Shown here: piece by piece, positions 63,961 through 64,000 of the stretch
Position numbering within the stretch: the stretch's first letter is position 1
How the letters are laid out: the number at the start of each line of letters is the position of its first letter
Assembly (NCBI GenBank): GCA_963799485.1
Contig: CAWCXJ010000001.1
Coordinates: 160,001 to 224,000, forward strand
DNA: 64,000 nt
Source: an uncultured Trueperaceae bacterium
Lineage (GTDB): Bacteria; Deinococcota; Deinococci; Deinococcales; Trueperaceae
Reading direction: 5' to 3'
Position numbers and translations under genes: made by a program
The notes under the pieces: generated by a model
Database searches by the model: none
The model's input: only the letters and a program-made list of their open reading frames with translations
Told to the model about the DNA's origin: nothing

Positions 63961-64000
63961 GTGAACACCGTAAAAACCGCTGCACGCTTGGATTTGGCCG
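63961..64000 (+). CDS. Start of a gene truncated by the window edge
   Basis: AAGGAG RBS then GTG (MNTVKTAARLDL). Confidence 0.5.
   Translation, partial: MNTVKTAARLDLA

Overview
GC-rich bacterial chromosomal window, most consistent with Deinococcota (Truepera-like). This is inferred from the Thermus/Deinococcus-type PrmA, the PlsY-reductase fusion, a small outer-membrane beta-barrel and widespread leaderless promoters. Core content: an esterase/ATP-grasp cluster, nnr, thrB, two ftsH paralogues, dnaB, prmA-rsmE, a THUMP methyltransferase, a peptide ABC/M20/SDR operon, argR, TPR and PASTA proteins, glgC, lpdA, leuS, rbsK, a reductive pyrimidine catabolism operon with an ABC transporter, tRNA-Ile2(CAT), a lytic transglycosylase and a Zn-dependent dehydrogenase. 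Accessory content: a decayed IS982 element, a probable copper/metal-response island with a two-component system, an orphan restriction endonuclease, two low-GC ORFans, DUF29 and a VapBC-like toxin-antitoxin pair. Most interesting signals: (1) an unassigned ~160-nt multi-stem RNA with its own promoter between dnaB and the plsY fusion; (2) a divergent PlsY fused to an acyl-ACP-reductase-like domain; (3) strong window-wide over-representation of CCGTAAA/TTTACGG and CTCGAG; (4) a leaderless Leu-rich attenuator upstream of leuS; (5) an ABC permease carrying phage-tail-like beta repeats; (6) a domesticated Sak4-like ATPase. Several single-base frameshifts may be sequencing errors. All motif counts were made by eye and are approximate.
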